A stretch of 64,000 nucleotides of DNA from assembly GCA_038087875.1 (NCBI GenBank), contig CM075989.1, positions 18,850,001-18,914,000 on the forward strand, read 5' to 3'. The notes beneath the pieces were generated by a model. That model was not told the DNA's origin, did no database searches, and saw only the letters and a program-made list of their open reading frames with translations. This document shows, piece after piece, positions 11,101-25,200 of the stretch. The translations under genes were made by a program, and so were the position numbers. Positions within the stretch are counted from its first letter, which is position 1, and each line of letters starts with the position of its first letter. The stretch is from Malacoraja senta. Lineage: Eukaryota.

Positions 11101-14100
11101 AGTGTACATTTCTCTTCAGTGCATTGGCGGGTCTTGGGATGATAACTGACGTGCCCCGAGAGGGCTACCTGGGAACAAGGCTTCACCATTTGCAGACACA
11201 GCTGACATCTGACGGAGCCATGGCATTCTATGGTTTCAAAATGAAAAGTTGAACTCTCAACAGCCTGTCAAAGAGATTAAAATCAGAGTTTAGGAAATTA
11301 TAAATTTGCAGTGCTGTCACATCTAAACCAGCAAAATATGATCAGATAAGGCAGTGTGTAACGCGAGGCACTGGAATTCCCCATACCGCGAACTGGACAA
11401 ACACTTCCTGCAAGCTCAGAGCCAGGGGACTTCACACACGAAGCAGCCGAGGGGAACAACACATGTGTTTTATCTCTCAGCTGAGGAACAAAGTATTAAC
11501 TGATGGCCGACTTCCTCACATTTACCGCATCCAAATGCAAAAGTACAAACAAATGTACAAGTTCAAGAGGTTTTGCTGCAAGACGGCTAATCTGATCCTG
11601 ACACAATCTTGCACCAGAGATATCTCACGACATATTCAAGAAGTACTTTGATGCAATACCAGTTCAATGTGTTTGGGAAGATACAACTCTTGTGATTTGG
11701 CAGAAAGACTAAAGATAGATCAGAAAAAGTATTTTCATCCAAGGAGCATGGGGACGTGGAGCTTTTGTCTTGAAAGGGTGATGGAGACAAAAAAAGACTT
11801 AGTACATTTTAAACGCTCGGTGAGCACCTGAGGTGCCATAATGTGTTGGCTACAGTGAAGTTAAAATGCCTGCATTGTCTAATCAACATTTCTGCCTTAC
11901 ATGGACACAATGGGCCAAATGCCCACATATACAAACATACAGTTGGGGAGCTGTCTGTATAATGCCACCCCACCTTGGGCAAATAACCTGCTTTTGTTAC
12001 TTAATTTAATTAATTAATTTCTTTGATTTATTTTTAATCGATAACGTTACAGGTCCTCCTGGGGTTACTAACGGCAGACTTGGGGACAATGCAAATATAC
12101 GAGCGAGTGTTTGGCAGACCGGCGGGATGGATTTGCGGGCTGCTGTGGGGTTACAGGCATCTTCTGTTGGGTGGGGATGGGGCATTTCAACGTGCTTTTG
12201 ACTCCCCCCCCCCACCCCCTTTCCCCAGAGCCGCAACCATGGGGGGTTGGGTCGAGTCGATCAGAGCTGGGATTGTGAGCAGACTTGTTTATTCATTCAG
12301 ACTCTGTGAAGGCAGCTGGCGGCCGCTCTTCCCGCGTCTGCTCGCTTGCTCTCCCGTCACAGCTGTTTCTGTGATCCTCCCCCACAGTCTCCACTTACAA
12401 ACAGTTCAGGTTATTCATAAGTTCATACGTTCTAGGAGCAGAATTAGACCATTCGGCCCATCAAGTCTACTCTGCCATTCGATCATGGCTGATCTATCTC
12501 TCCCTCTTAACCCTATTCTCCTGCCTTCTCCCCATAGCAATCAAGAATCTGTCAATCTTCGCCTTAAAAATATCCATTGACTTATCCTCTACAGCCGTCT
12601 GTGGCAATGAATTCCACAGATTCACCGCCCTCTGGTGAAAGAAAGTTCGCCTCATCTCCTTTCTAAAGGTACATTTTATTCTGAGGCTGTGGCCTCTGGT
12701 CCTACTGTCCCTCTAGTGGAAACATCCTCTCAGCATCATCTCTATCCAGGCTATGAACAGTTCTCAGGAATGGAACTCTGTCTTAACCTTGGGAATGCCT
12801 GTATAGCTTACAAAAATACAACGTAGGAACTGCCCATAAAAAGTTACTACTACTTGGGCAAATACCCATTTGTATTACTAAATTCAAGATAATTACATCA
12901 ATCATATTTACCTTCAATTCTTCAGTCAATGTAAATTCGATGGTCACATTAGTAACTTCTATATTGCTGTGATTAGTAAAAAATAGGATTATTAACAGGC
13001 AGTCCTCTTTCCAGACTTTGCAGGAAGACAGAGTTACATTTTCAGTGGCGCAAACTTGCTCAAATCCTGAATGCAAAAACTCTGAGAATTCGACCGGCAA
13101 GCTTGGAGTCAAACTGGAGACGGGTTCATGGGCCACAGATGAAGAGTTGCAATTTGCAGGCTGTATAATGTCAAAATTCCCATCTGCAAATAGACCCGAA
13201 AAAGATTCCTTTGATGCTGTCGGCTTGGCTTCGATTAAGTTGTTACTCAGAGCCCAGTCTTGATCAGATACTTGGCCAAGTTCCACTCCAGAGCAAGTTG
13301 CTGCATTTGCCAGAGGTACTGCTTTACTTTCTTGGAAGGAAATACAGCTTTCTGGGACATTATCCATTAGATCTGGAATTTCACCAGGGTGCGAAGCAGT
13401 CGCCTTCTGTGCAGACATCATCTTGTTAGAGCTATTTTGTTTCTCAATATTCTTTGACTTTCTGCGAAATGTATGGGCAGTGCTCGGAGTTTTCCCCATC
13501 TGGAAAGATTACAGAAAATATATGAGTTGTATTTTTCAAATCTTTAAATTATTATGTGATGGTAGATAAAATCTGGTCTTGGCATCATGTTCGGCATAGA
13601 CATTATGGGCCGAAGAATCTGTTCTAGTGCTGTAATGTTCTATGTTCTGATCAACATTGGCCTTAAGAAAGAATTGCCTTCACAAGAATCTTTTAAACAA
13701 ATGTTGTGCATAAGCTAGCGTACTGTTCGATTCACCAATACCACATTGAGGACATTTGACTTTATCTAAGGAATTGATGTGCTACTAAGCTGAGACTACA
13801 TTCTGTGCTCTGTATCTTCCCCTTGGCTCCATCTATTGTACTTGAGTTTGAGATGAGTATATTTATATATGGTATATTTGATCTCTTTGGATACCATGCA
13901 AAACAAAGCTATTCTCTGTACCTTGGTACATGTAACAAAAATAAACCGAAACCTAGTCACATCACAAGATAATTCAATTCAGTACAATCTAAGCACTTCT
14001 AAAAGCTGGTTGTGTGCTTATCAGGATTTTAACAAATTGGTTACCGGTTTTGCTGCTCATTTTCTTACACCCTGCAGGTTGAATTGCCCAAGTTGAACTG

Positions 14101-16158
14101 CAGATTCTACCCAGCATTCAATCAATGAAACAGAAGGCACATGATATATGTCCAGGGATACGTTCCAACATTACGATGTGTGAAGTAAATAATGAGCACC
14201 AATAAAATCAAGTAACAGCAAGTTAATGCTAAAATCAAGATCATTAAATCAAAAGATTTCAATTAGCTTAACTAATTAACATTGATAGTTAAATAAATAT
14301 CAGGTAACTGTACAGGTAATATCATGGGAGGCACAGTGGCACAGCGGTAGAGTTGCTGCCTCACAGATCTCGTGTGTTGTCTGTGTGGAGTTTGCATGTT
14401 CTCCCCATGACCGCATGGCTTTCCTCTAGTTTCCTCCCACATACGTGAGGGTTTGTAGTTTAATTGGCCTCTGTATATTGCCACTGGGTAGGGAGGGCAT
14501 TAGAAAGTAGGGAAACAGAACTAGTGTGATCGACTGATTGATGGTCGGCAAGGACTCGGTCTCTTGCCGACCATCAAAGGGCCTCTTCCCATAATGTATA
14601 ATTCACTCAATCTATAATATATAAACTATGAAATATGATTCTTGAAGTCTCACACAAATTTTCTGTGGGTCTAATCACATAAAATTGAAATCATGTGCAT
14701 TATATATCACATCATATTGGTTTATAACAGGCTCTCCCTCTAGTGGCCATGCTGGATACGCCATTCAACGTCTCACAAATGAGGCAGAGAAGTCATCGTC
14801 AAAGATCTTAGATCTTTGGTCATCGTCGTACAGCATGGAAACAGGCCCTTCGGCCCAACGTGCCCATGCCAACCAAGATGCCCCATCTACACTAGTCCCA
14901 CCTGCCCGCATTTAGCCCATATCCCTCTAAACCTAAAGTCCTATTGGTGTAAAATACAGATCCCACTGCTCTTCCATTTTCTTTTCTCAACATAAATATT
15001 GTGGGAACATCTTAACATGTGCTTTCATAAACACATATTTTCATTAAAGTATGATTGATGATTATGTTCCACTGTAAGATGTTGCAAGAGATCTGAAGTT
15101 TCTGTGTACAAATGTTTATAACTGGCTGCATAGTTATGAGATATAATCCAGGAAATTTATGACATTTTGCAATTTCAAAAAAGTTTAGTTCACAGAGCCT
15201 GTAACTTTGATTTGGAGTTGACAAAAAACAGAGTATAAGCATTTATACATTCCATGATTAGGGTACCACAGTCCTGCAGAATATTGTGAAGACATTCAAA
15301 CATGTTTCTTAAATGCATGTTCTTCCCACAAGCAAAAGTAGTTCAAAGAACAGGCAGTGATCAGAATAGATATTTTTTTGTACAATGTCATTGGAAAGCA
15401 GACTACAACTCTAACATAATCAATGAATGAGTTTATTCTTAACAAAACGAAGTGGGTTCACTATCAGACCTCAAAGTTCACTGATGTGCAGAGAATATCT
15501 TAGTTATTTTTAATTTACATTTTGGGAAAGATATTACTTTTCTTTAAAAAAAAGACTGGAGTAACTTAGCGGATCAGGCAGCACCCCAAGAGAAGATAGA
15601 CACAAAGTGCTGGAGTAACTCTGCCAGCAACTCTGGAGAAAAGGAACGGGTAATGTTTTGGGTCTGAACCCTTCTCCAGAGTGAAAGGGCCGGCAACATA
15701 TGACCTCAGGAAGAGTGGAGTGCATAATGAGGAGAACATGACTATGTTTCATTCAGGTCGAGACACTTCTTCAGACTGTCCAAGGATGCTACTTGATCTA
15801 CTGAGTTTCTCCAGCAATTTGGGTCTTTTGTTTTTGTAAACCAGAATCTGCAGTTCCTAGTTTCTACATTATCATTTTTCCTTGTTAAGTAAGCTGAATT
15901 AAGAGAAATTGCTCAACATTAGTTTAGTTATTTGGTTCAGAGTTCAAATTCCGACATGAAATTAGGACTTCACAATGAAGGGTGAGTGACTTCAATGGTG
16001 TAGGTAGATTAAAGGGCCAGTCCCACTGCGGCGACCTAATTTGCGAGTTTAGACGAGTTTGCACTCGACTCAAACTCCCAGCCGTCTTTTACCTTCCTGT
16101 TCATCGCAGGTGTGTGAAGTGTGTGAGTGTGAGTGTGAGTGTGAGTGTGAGTGTGTGT

Positions 16159-16217
<59 letters not shown>

Positions 16218-19200
16218 TCGCGGTTTCATCACTGACGGTCGATCCAGCTCGAGGTTTTTCAGGCGAGTGCCCTCGAGCTTGAAGGGCGAAGACAGTCGCT
16301 GAAAAGCCGCGTTAGTGGGACAGGCCCTTAAGGAGGCAGAAGAGACACCAAAAATTGTCCATGTTGGTTTACAAAAAACGGACACAATCCTGGAGTAACT
16401 CAGCGGGTCAGGCAGCATCTGTGGAGAGCATGGATAGTTTGTGGACAACCTGTCCATGTTCTCCAGATATGCTGGCTGACCTGCTACATTACTCCAGCGT
16501 GTGTGTGTGTGTGTTTGTGGACAACCTGTCCATGTTCTCCAGATATGCTGGCTGACCTGCTACATTACTCCAGCGTGTGTGTGTGTGTTTGTGGACAACC
16601 TGTCCATGTTCTCCAGATATGCTGGCTGACCTGCTACATTACTCCAGCGTGTGTGTGTGTGTTTGTGGACAACCTGTCCATGTTCTCCAGATATGCTGGC
16701 TGACCTGCTACATTACTCCAGCGTGTGTGTGTGTGTTTGTGGACAACCTGTCCATGTTCTCCAGATATGCTGGCTGACCTGCTACATTACTCCAGCGTGT
16801 GTGTGTGTGTTTGTGGACAACCTGTCCATGTTCTCCAGATATGCTGGCTGACCTGCTACATTACTCCAGCACTTTCTCTTTTTTTTTTAAATTAAAAAAA
16901 AGAGGCAGAGATTGTTCTAATTAAAGCAGAGATCAAAACCAGATAGGTGAACAAAATCAAGAATACATAGAAAATATACGAGGAAAAGCCATTTTCATAC
17001 GAATTAACACACCAGACCTTTCAGCCTAGGCTTGTGCTGATCAAAAGAACCATGCAACCTAAATGAGTTTGTCTTGGCATCTTGCTTGGCACTGTTCCTG
17101 TGCTGTACTGTTCTATATTCTATGTTCCTAATAGATCCAACTGCCACATGTTGAGGTCTTGTTTTTCATGTGCTCATAAAAATGACTTAGGATTTTCTTT
17201 GATTTGATGCAGTGACTTAAGTGCGAGAAACCAGATGATAGATGAGGAGGAAAATAAAGATCGGGGCATTATAAAACAGGCCAAACTGTGGAATGCAGTG
17301 CAGGAAAGAATGTACACTCGCAGGCAAACTTCATGAGAAAATTACATAAATACTTGAGGGGAAAAAATACTGCATTGAGGGGAGAGGGCAATGGCAACTT
17401 TCTCAACCCTGCAGTTAGAAAAAAACATTCATATTTTCCGATTTACAGAATTCAGTCTATTGTGAAGTACATCTCTCTGCAAGAGTCACGGTATGTTCAG
17501 CACAAATCTGGATTGCTGATTGAGTTTGAAGAAGGGTCTCAACCCGTAACGACACCTACTCCTTTTCTCCAGAGATGCTGCCTGACCCACTGAGTTACTC
17601 CAGCACTTTGCATCTAATCTTCTGGATTGTTACTCGAGTGGGCTCACTGGTAGATGGTGTCCAGTTGCTATAGCAATAGAGCATGCAAACCTGTGCTTGC
17701 ACACATTACAAGCAGGTCTGTCAAGGGATGTCAAACAAAGATAAGATACAAAATGCTGGAGTATTTTAGCGGGTCAGGCAGCTTCTCTTGCAAAAAATGG
17801 ATAAGCGACATTTCAGGTCGGGTCCCTTCTTAAGGTGCCAAACAAAGGATATAAGGCTCAACCTGCCTGCCTCCTCTCTCCTGAAACATCAGCTTTACCC
17901 CCAATGTCTACTGTTCAAGATCAGGTTTTTTTTAAAGCATCTTTTCACTTCACATTTCAAACATGCTCCTGCCCTCGATCCCACCTGCTGCCCTCTGCTG
18001 GCCAAATACTGGCTCTTCACAACCAGCCACTGTGCCCCACCAAGACCTCCTTCCTGCCCCCAAGATCAGAAGTGGGGCAGAAAACAACTTCATATTGTAT
18101 AAATTCAGGGTGTTAACTCAGTATAATTTCTTTGGGTGCACCATAAAATTAACCAAAGATTAATTATTTTTTAACAAAGACTGTGCAACAGCTTTGCGAT
18201 TCATATTTGCTTACCATCCTCTTTGAAGTGAATCTATACACATATATTGATGCTAACTTACCAGATTTACAAGGTTATTGGATCCCAAACCAACAAATAG
18301 AGATGATGCCAAAAGTTGTCTCTCTTGTTCTTCTGCAGAAATACTGACGACACTTTCTGCAGCGGAGGGACTTTGAGCAGCCATTTCACCTTCGGAAACA
18401 GCACTTGTTTTGCTTGAGGTTTCTTCTTTGGATTCCTTGCTTCGAAGGTAGCCCTTCGTACCCCACACTTTCTTCACCCCTTCAAGTTTCAGACCCTCTG
18501 AACTGAACATAAGAGGTATACAATTCAACACAAAATCCAAATGTTGGCAAAAAAAAAATCCTTTGTTCATGCATACAAGAAATCACTACTGCACAGAGTT
18601 TTTAGAAAGCAGAATGTTAGTTGTCTGTCTCCAAACACACAAATAAAAGTATTTGTTTTACACTGTTATAAAGTCCCTAAACGTTGATGGGATTGGATCG
18701 TGTAAGATATTTGCCAAAACTAGAGGTCACAGATTCAAGGCACACTTATGAGAAGTAAGCATTTAATTCAGAACTGACGTTCCAAAGATGAGCAGGTTTG
18801 TAGGTTAATTGGCATTTATAAATTATCCCCGCTGTGTGGAAGAGAACTAGTGTATAGGTAATCGCTAGTCAGCGCTGAGTCGTCAATGGGCCGAGGGACC
18901 CGTTTGCACATGGATATTGCTGCGTGCACACTGACCACCTGGTATCTTTATGACCCTACCCATCAAATGCATTTAATTAACACTTTAATCAAATGCTACC
19001 CATTTAGTATTATTGACTTATTTGCAGGGGACTGCTGAGAAATTAATACATTTAATTAATACATCCTCAAGATGAATAAAGTACAGAGTGCTCCAAAGCA
19101 ATTCCTCTAACTTCCAAAGTCGGTGGCTACATCAATTCAGACTTCTTTCAAAGACATATTCAACCACACATGCTAACGTTCAACCCAAAATCAACTGGGT

Positions 19201-22200
19201 TACAAGCTCAGAAATGTTAACAAAAATCTATTTCACATGCTATATTGACATATTAGATTTATAATCTAAACAAACAGTATTCATGCTAACATCTGATGAA
19301 GCAACACAAATCAGCAAACTTACTCTTTTAATCCAGATTCTGTGCTGTTGTAAGAAATCTCTGAATTTATGGACAAGTCTGCAGGGGATTGTCTTCCTGT
19401 AACACTGGAGATATGTGGGCTTGTTGGAAAAGATAGTCCATAAGGTTCAAAATTCAACACTGTGGAAAAATATGAATGAAATTACTTAATCGTGCGGCTA
19501 GCTTCTAACTGAAGATAGCAGGCATATGTGCAAACATGCTTAAACTTTAGAAGAACGTAGAACCGTACAGCACAGGAACTGGCCCTTTGGCCCACAATGT
19601 CTGTGCAGTACATAATTCTAAGCTAAACTAATCTCATCTGCCTGCACACAATCCATACCCTCTCCATATCCGTATGCCTGTCTAAATGCCTCTTAAATGT
19701 CACTATTGTATCTGCCTCCATCACTCCTAGCAGCACATTCCAGGCACCCACCAATCTCCGAGTAAAAAAACATATCCCGTATGCCCCCTTTAAACTTTGC
19801 CCCTTTCACTCTAAAGCTATGCTCTCTAATCTTTGACATTCCCATCCTGGGAAAAAGGTCTGAATGCTTATCTTTTCTTTCTCTCTTATACTTGATTTTG
19901 CATAGAAAATATTTGAACACTCACTAATTAATGATAATTATTTCAGTTTGATATTTCCACTAGGGGGTGCTGTCTCTCTGTGTATTTGCTTCCTAATCTA
20001 TTACACACACAGACTGCATTGATCATGCACTGCAGTTGGTTGTGGCCTCGTGAACAGCAAATCCAATGGTCTTCAATAAGAGAAATTAAAAAAAGAGAAG
20101 CAACTTGTGGTATTGAAAGGCAGAAATTAGGTCTTGAAAGAAAAACCATATGTGGAAGAAGCAGAAAGAGACGGAAGACAAAAAGGAACAATTTTAAAAC
20201 ATGTTTCAAAACCTTTAAAGTTCTCACGAAACACAAGGAAGTGCAGATGTTGGAATTAAAATAAAATAAAGTTCCATGGTTCACATTCTGCACCCTCCAA
20301 AGCTGAAAGGCATGTCGAGATCAGGAAATGATGGGGAAAGATCACTGGCTTGAAACATTATCTCCCTTCCCAGACAATGCCTAACCTGCTGCATATTTTC
20401 AACATTTTCTGATTTTATATCCGATTTCTAACATCAACAATGTTTTACCATTGAAAGATACCAGATGAGCAACGTTAAATCAATGTTGCCCTTCTGTAGA
20501 TATAAATTTAAAGAGGGTTTGTGGTGATTTTGCTTGCCCAGATTCTAAACTGCGTAGGTTAAAAAATTGTGAAATAAATAAAGCAAATGTTGGAAACACT
20601 CAGCAGGTCAGTGTCTGTGGAAAGAGAAACAGCGGAATTGGGGGAGATAACAAGTTTGTTTTCATTGTCTAAGGTGGGGTGAGGATGGATAGGACAAAGG
20701 ACGAGGCCAGGGTTCTCCTGGCGATCACCATTAGTTAACGGATTAAAGAGCAGTTATTAACAAATCCAGATTATACCTCAAGCTCAAAGTAAACTGTGGA
20801 GCAGTTCTGGCCCAGAGTGATCGCTGGTCCCTATATGGTCTTGGTTCAATGATATATCCACATAAACAGTGTCTGGGCATTAACTAGTAAAGCGAGATGT
20901 GTGGAGTAAACAGTTTGAGAAGACGGCATTTCATTCAAAAGCCTCAAAAAAGCTTCATCGTAATTGCCCAGCATAAGAATTTATTATGGGGTCTTCTCCC
21001 CACCCCCTATCAGTCTGAAGAAGGGTTTCGGCCCGAAACGTTGCCTATTTCCTTCGCTCCATAGATGCTGCTGCACCCGCTGAGTTTCTCCAGCATTTTT
21101 GTGTACCCATAAGAATTTATTAGATGGACGGGATAAAGTATTAGGATAATAAGTAATTACTTTGATAAAGATAAATTGTAGAAAGCCTAAAGAAATTGCT
21201 TTACCGCTGAGAAAGGTAATTGATTCCAACATCACTGCGGCACGATGGCGCAGCGTCATTGTTACTGCCCCACAGCGCCAGAGACCGGGTTCAACCCCGA
21301 CTACGGATTTTGTACTCCTGTACGGAGTTTTACGTTCTCCCTGTGAACGCATGGGTTTTCTCCGGGCGCTCCCATTTCCTCCCGCATCCCAAAGATGTAC
21401 AGGTTTGTAGGTTTATTGGCTTCGGTAAAAGTGTAAATTGTCCCTAGTGTGTACAATAGTGCTAGTGTACGGGGTGATCGCTGCTCAGTGCGGACTGGGT
21501 GGGCCGCTGCATCTCTAAATTCTAAAATAAATCATTTATTTATAAAGCAAGCATACCATGTCTTTTCTTCACCACTCTAAGTCCTTGTGTTGCCACTTTC
21601 AGGGAGTCATGGACTTGGTCTCTAAGATCCCTCTGTATATCAATGCTGTTAAGGGTCTTGCCATTAACTGTGTATACTTACCCCTTACATTCGACCTCTT
21701 AAAAGTGCAAAACCTTACACCTGCTCAGGTTAAACACCACCCGCCGAATTTTTATTTCCGCAGTTGCAGATTTTTCAACAAAAGACTCATCAACAGTAGA
21801 TGTTGTCGAGATTCAGGATGCACTTAAAATTAATAAACTGCTTAAAAGGCTAGATATGCTTACCATCGATAAATCACCCGCTCTGGATGAGATTCATCCC
21901 AGGTTGTTTAACGAATAAAGGAGAAAAGTGCAAAGGCCACGGCTACTACCACCAATAGACCCAGAGGCAGATTCAAGAGCTTAGAATGTCACCTTGCATA
22001 CAATTTGAGCACTGAGACATTTCTATATTCGGTTTAAACCAGCATTTGCAGTTCCTTCCTACGCACGTCATTTCTCTCATATATAGGAAGGAACTGCAGA
22101 TGCTGGTTTAAACTGGATAGAAATTACCCAGTGTTCAAATTGTATGAAGATAGACACAAAACGCTGGAGTAATTCAGCAGGACATGCAGCATGTCTGGAG

Positions 22201-25200
22201 AGAAGGAATGGGTGACGTTTCGGGTCGAGACCCTTCTTCAGACTCCTTCAGTCTGAAGAAGGGTCTCGACCCGAAACATCACCAATTCATTCTCTCCAGA
22301 GATGCTACCTGTCCCACTGAGTTACTCCAGCATTTCTCTCATGTATAATGATCCACTGCATCAGCTCCAATACCTCCGCAAGTGAAACTGACTTTTTTTT
22401 TTCTCTTTACCTTTTTCTTGAGCCAATTTCTCTTCTTGTCTTTGATGATGCGGCTTATACGGTGCAACTCCGCAACCCAACGCATCGGCAACAAAACCAT
22501 CCAGAAAAGAGAGCGAAGCATCAACCTAATCCAAGTAACAAGCACAATCCTGTTTATTCTTCTTTTCCATTATTTGCAGTTTTGAAAATTGGTTGCATCC
22601 TGATAAATTAAATTCAACACAATGATGCAGCAACTTTCCTTTTTGCAAAGCGGGTTGTTTAAAGGTACCACAGATGGCCTCATTTGAGGGGGTGGGGGGC
22701 ACAATGGTGCAGCTGGTAGAGCTCACAACGCCAGAGACCAGCGTTCGATCCTGACCTTAGGCCCTGTCTGTGTGCAGTTTGTACGTTCTCCATGACCATG
22801 CAGGTTTCTTCCCACATCCCAAAGGTTTGTAGATTAATTGGCCTCTGCAAATTACCTTTAGTGTGCAGGGAGTGGATGGGAAAGTTAGATAACATAGAAC
22901 TAGTGATTTATGGTCAGTATGGACTTGGTGGGCCGAAGGGCCTGTTTCCACGGTGCATCTCTAAACTAAACTAATTTGATATCCATCATGTCCAATAACC
23001 AGATGGTCACGCTGAGAAAGAACTCAGAACATTTCCCCATTCCACAGCTCAAAGATCAGAGCCTGAGACTGCAAGGGGTACCATCTTGAAATGAGACATT
23101 AAACCAGGTCTCCTCCCCCCCCCCCCTCCCCACCCAAAAATAAAAATATCAATTTCTCCCGATATGCTTCGTGTATCTTGTATGACAATTGCCTATCACG
23201 TTTGCTTGCAGAATAATGAATATTACTTCAAAATTAATGAACAGAGGTAAAACACCTTGAAATACAAAGACATTTCATCGATGCAAGCTTTTTCCTTAGG
23301 CTTAAAGCCGTCGGGTTTAATTAACTATGTTCAAAACTACACCATGAATTCCATCTTCTAACCGAGTTACTGAGAAAACAATTCAGAGCCATGGAGCTAC
23401 ACAGCAAAGAAGCAGGCTCTTCAGTCTAACTCGTCCATGTCGACCACATTGGTAACCAAGCAAGACCCGCTTTCTGCACCTGGCCAGTATCCCTCCAAAA
23501 TGTGTAGGAAGGAACTGCAGATGCTGGTTTATAACAAAGATAGACACAAAGTGCTGAAGTAACTAAACAGGTCAGACAGCACCTCTGAAGAAACATGATG
23601 GATGATGCTCAAGGTCGGAACTTGGAACGTCACCCTTTTTCTCCATTGATGCTGCCTGACCCGCTGAGTTCCTCCAACACTTTGTGTCCATCTTCAGTAT
23701 CCCTCCAAACCTTTCATATCCATTTACCTGTCCACGTATTTTTTTTAAATGTTGCAATTGTATCTGCCTCTACTGCTTCCTCTGGCAGTTCGATCTATAT
23801 ACAAACCACACCACACGGTGTGTACAAAAGTTTCCCATCAGTTCCCTTTTGAAACTTTTCCCCTCTAATTACTCAGCTTATCCAACCTCTCCTTATAACT
23901 CAACACCTCCAAGAGCCAGTAATATCCTCGTAAATGGTTTTTGCACCCTTTCCGGTATAATGACATCCTTTCAATAGTAGGGCTACCAGAACTGCACCTA
24001 AAGCATTTCAAAGTAAATCCTGTGTTTGAGAGAGAGGCTACTAATCACTGAGCGTGAACTAAGTAAACTTACAATATTTTGGTCTTGCGCACAAATAGTT
24101 ACAAGAGACTCACCACTATATCATCACAACTTGCATTCAGTGGTAACACTGAGGTCATCATCTCTCTGTTCTCAATAAATTGCTTCAACTCAAAACAACT
24201 TTGTCTCAAACAAGGATCCATTGAATTGCCCAAACTTTGCATGATTTCAGGTATTGCTTTGACATTCAGTGTCAGATGATAGAGTTTGGTAATCGCACTC
24301 AAGATCCAAGCTTTTGTTTCCAAATTTGCAGCACATTTTCCGAGTAAACAGTGTAACTTCTGTATGACGTCTTCTGGTTTGGTTTCTGTTTTGAGGTAGG
24401 AATATTCTCCCAGCACCTGACACACAGAGAAAGAACATATTTCAACCATTTAATCCAATCTTTATTTTCATACACATTTCTCTTACTTTCAGCCTTGCAC
24501 ATATTCTAACATTTATTTTCATCATAACTCGGTCATTCACCAAAAATGAGCAGCCTGTGTCAGTTATATTCATTAATATGTTGTTAACAGGCAACTGAAC
24601 CAACTAGAGAGCAGTGCTGAGCTCCCATCTACGTCACTGGGATCATTTGAACTATCTTTAATCAGACTTTATCTTGCACTAAATATTATACCCTTTATCC
24701 TGTATCTGCACACTGTGGATGGCTTGATTGTAATCATGTATAGTCTTTACACTGACTGGATAGCAGGTAACAAAAAGTTTTTCACTGTACACATGACAAT
24801 AACAAACTAAACATTCAACATGGGCCAGTATGTCTTGGCAAAATGTTGTTGTCTTAGAAACATAGAAAATAGGTGCAGAAGGAGGCCATTTGGCCCTTCG
24901 AGCCTGCACCGCCATTCATTGTGATTACGGTTGATCATCCACAATCAGTAACTCGTGCTGCCTTCTCCCCATATCCCTTGATTCCGCTAGCCCCTTGAGT
25001 TCTATCTATAACTCTTAGTCCAATAACAATTATGCAATGATGTTAACGTAAAATTATTTGCATGTACCAAGAAACAAAATAGGCCATGGCATGGACTTTA
25101 TGGCCACATTGAAAAGAGTTGTGAAAGTTAAGTAAAATTAACTGAAACAAGAAGTTTCTTGAGCCAACATTCCTGCTCAGTGTTCAATTATCATGTAATG

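Noticed and set aside
12080..12580. 166-aa plus-strand ORF
   Set aside because: Runs from low-complexity G/C tracts into an antisense CR1 tail; no splice or homology support.
16355..16851. Repeated identical 66-aa ORFs; superficially array- or CRISPR-like
   Set aside because: Simple 74-bp tandem repeat with no unique spacers, in a vertebrate genome with no cas genes.
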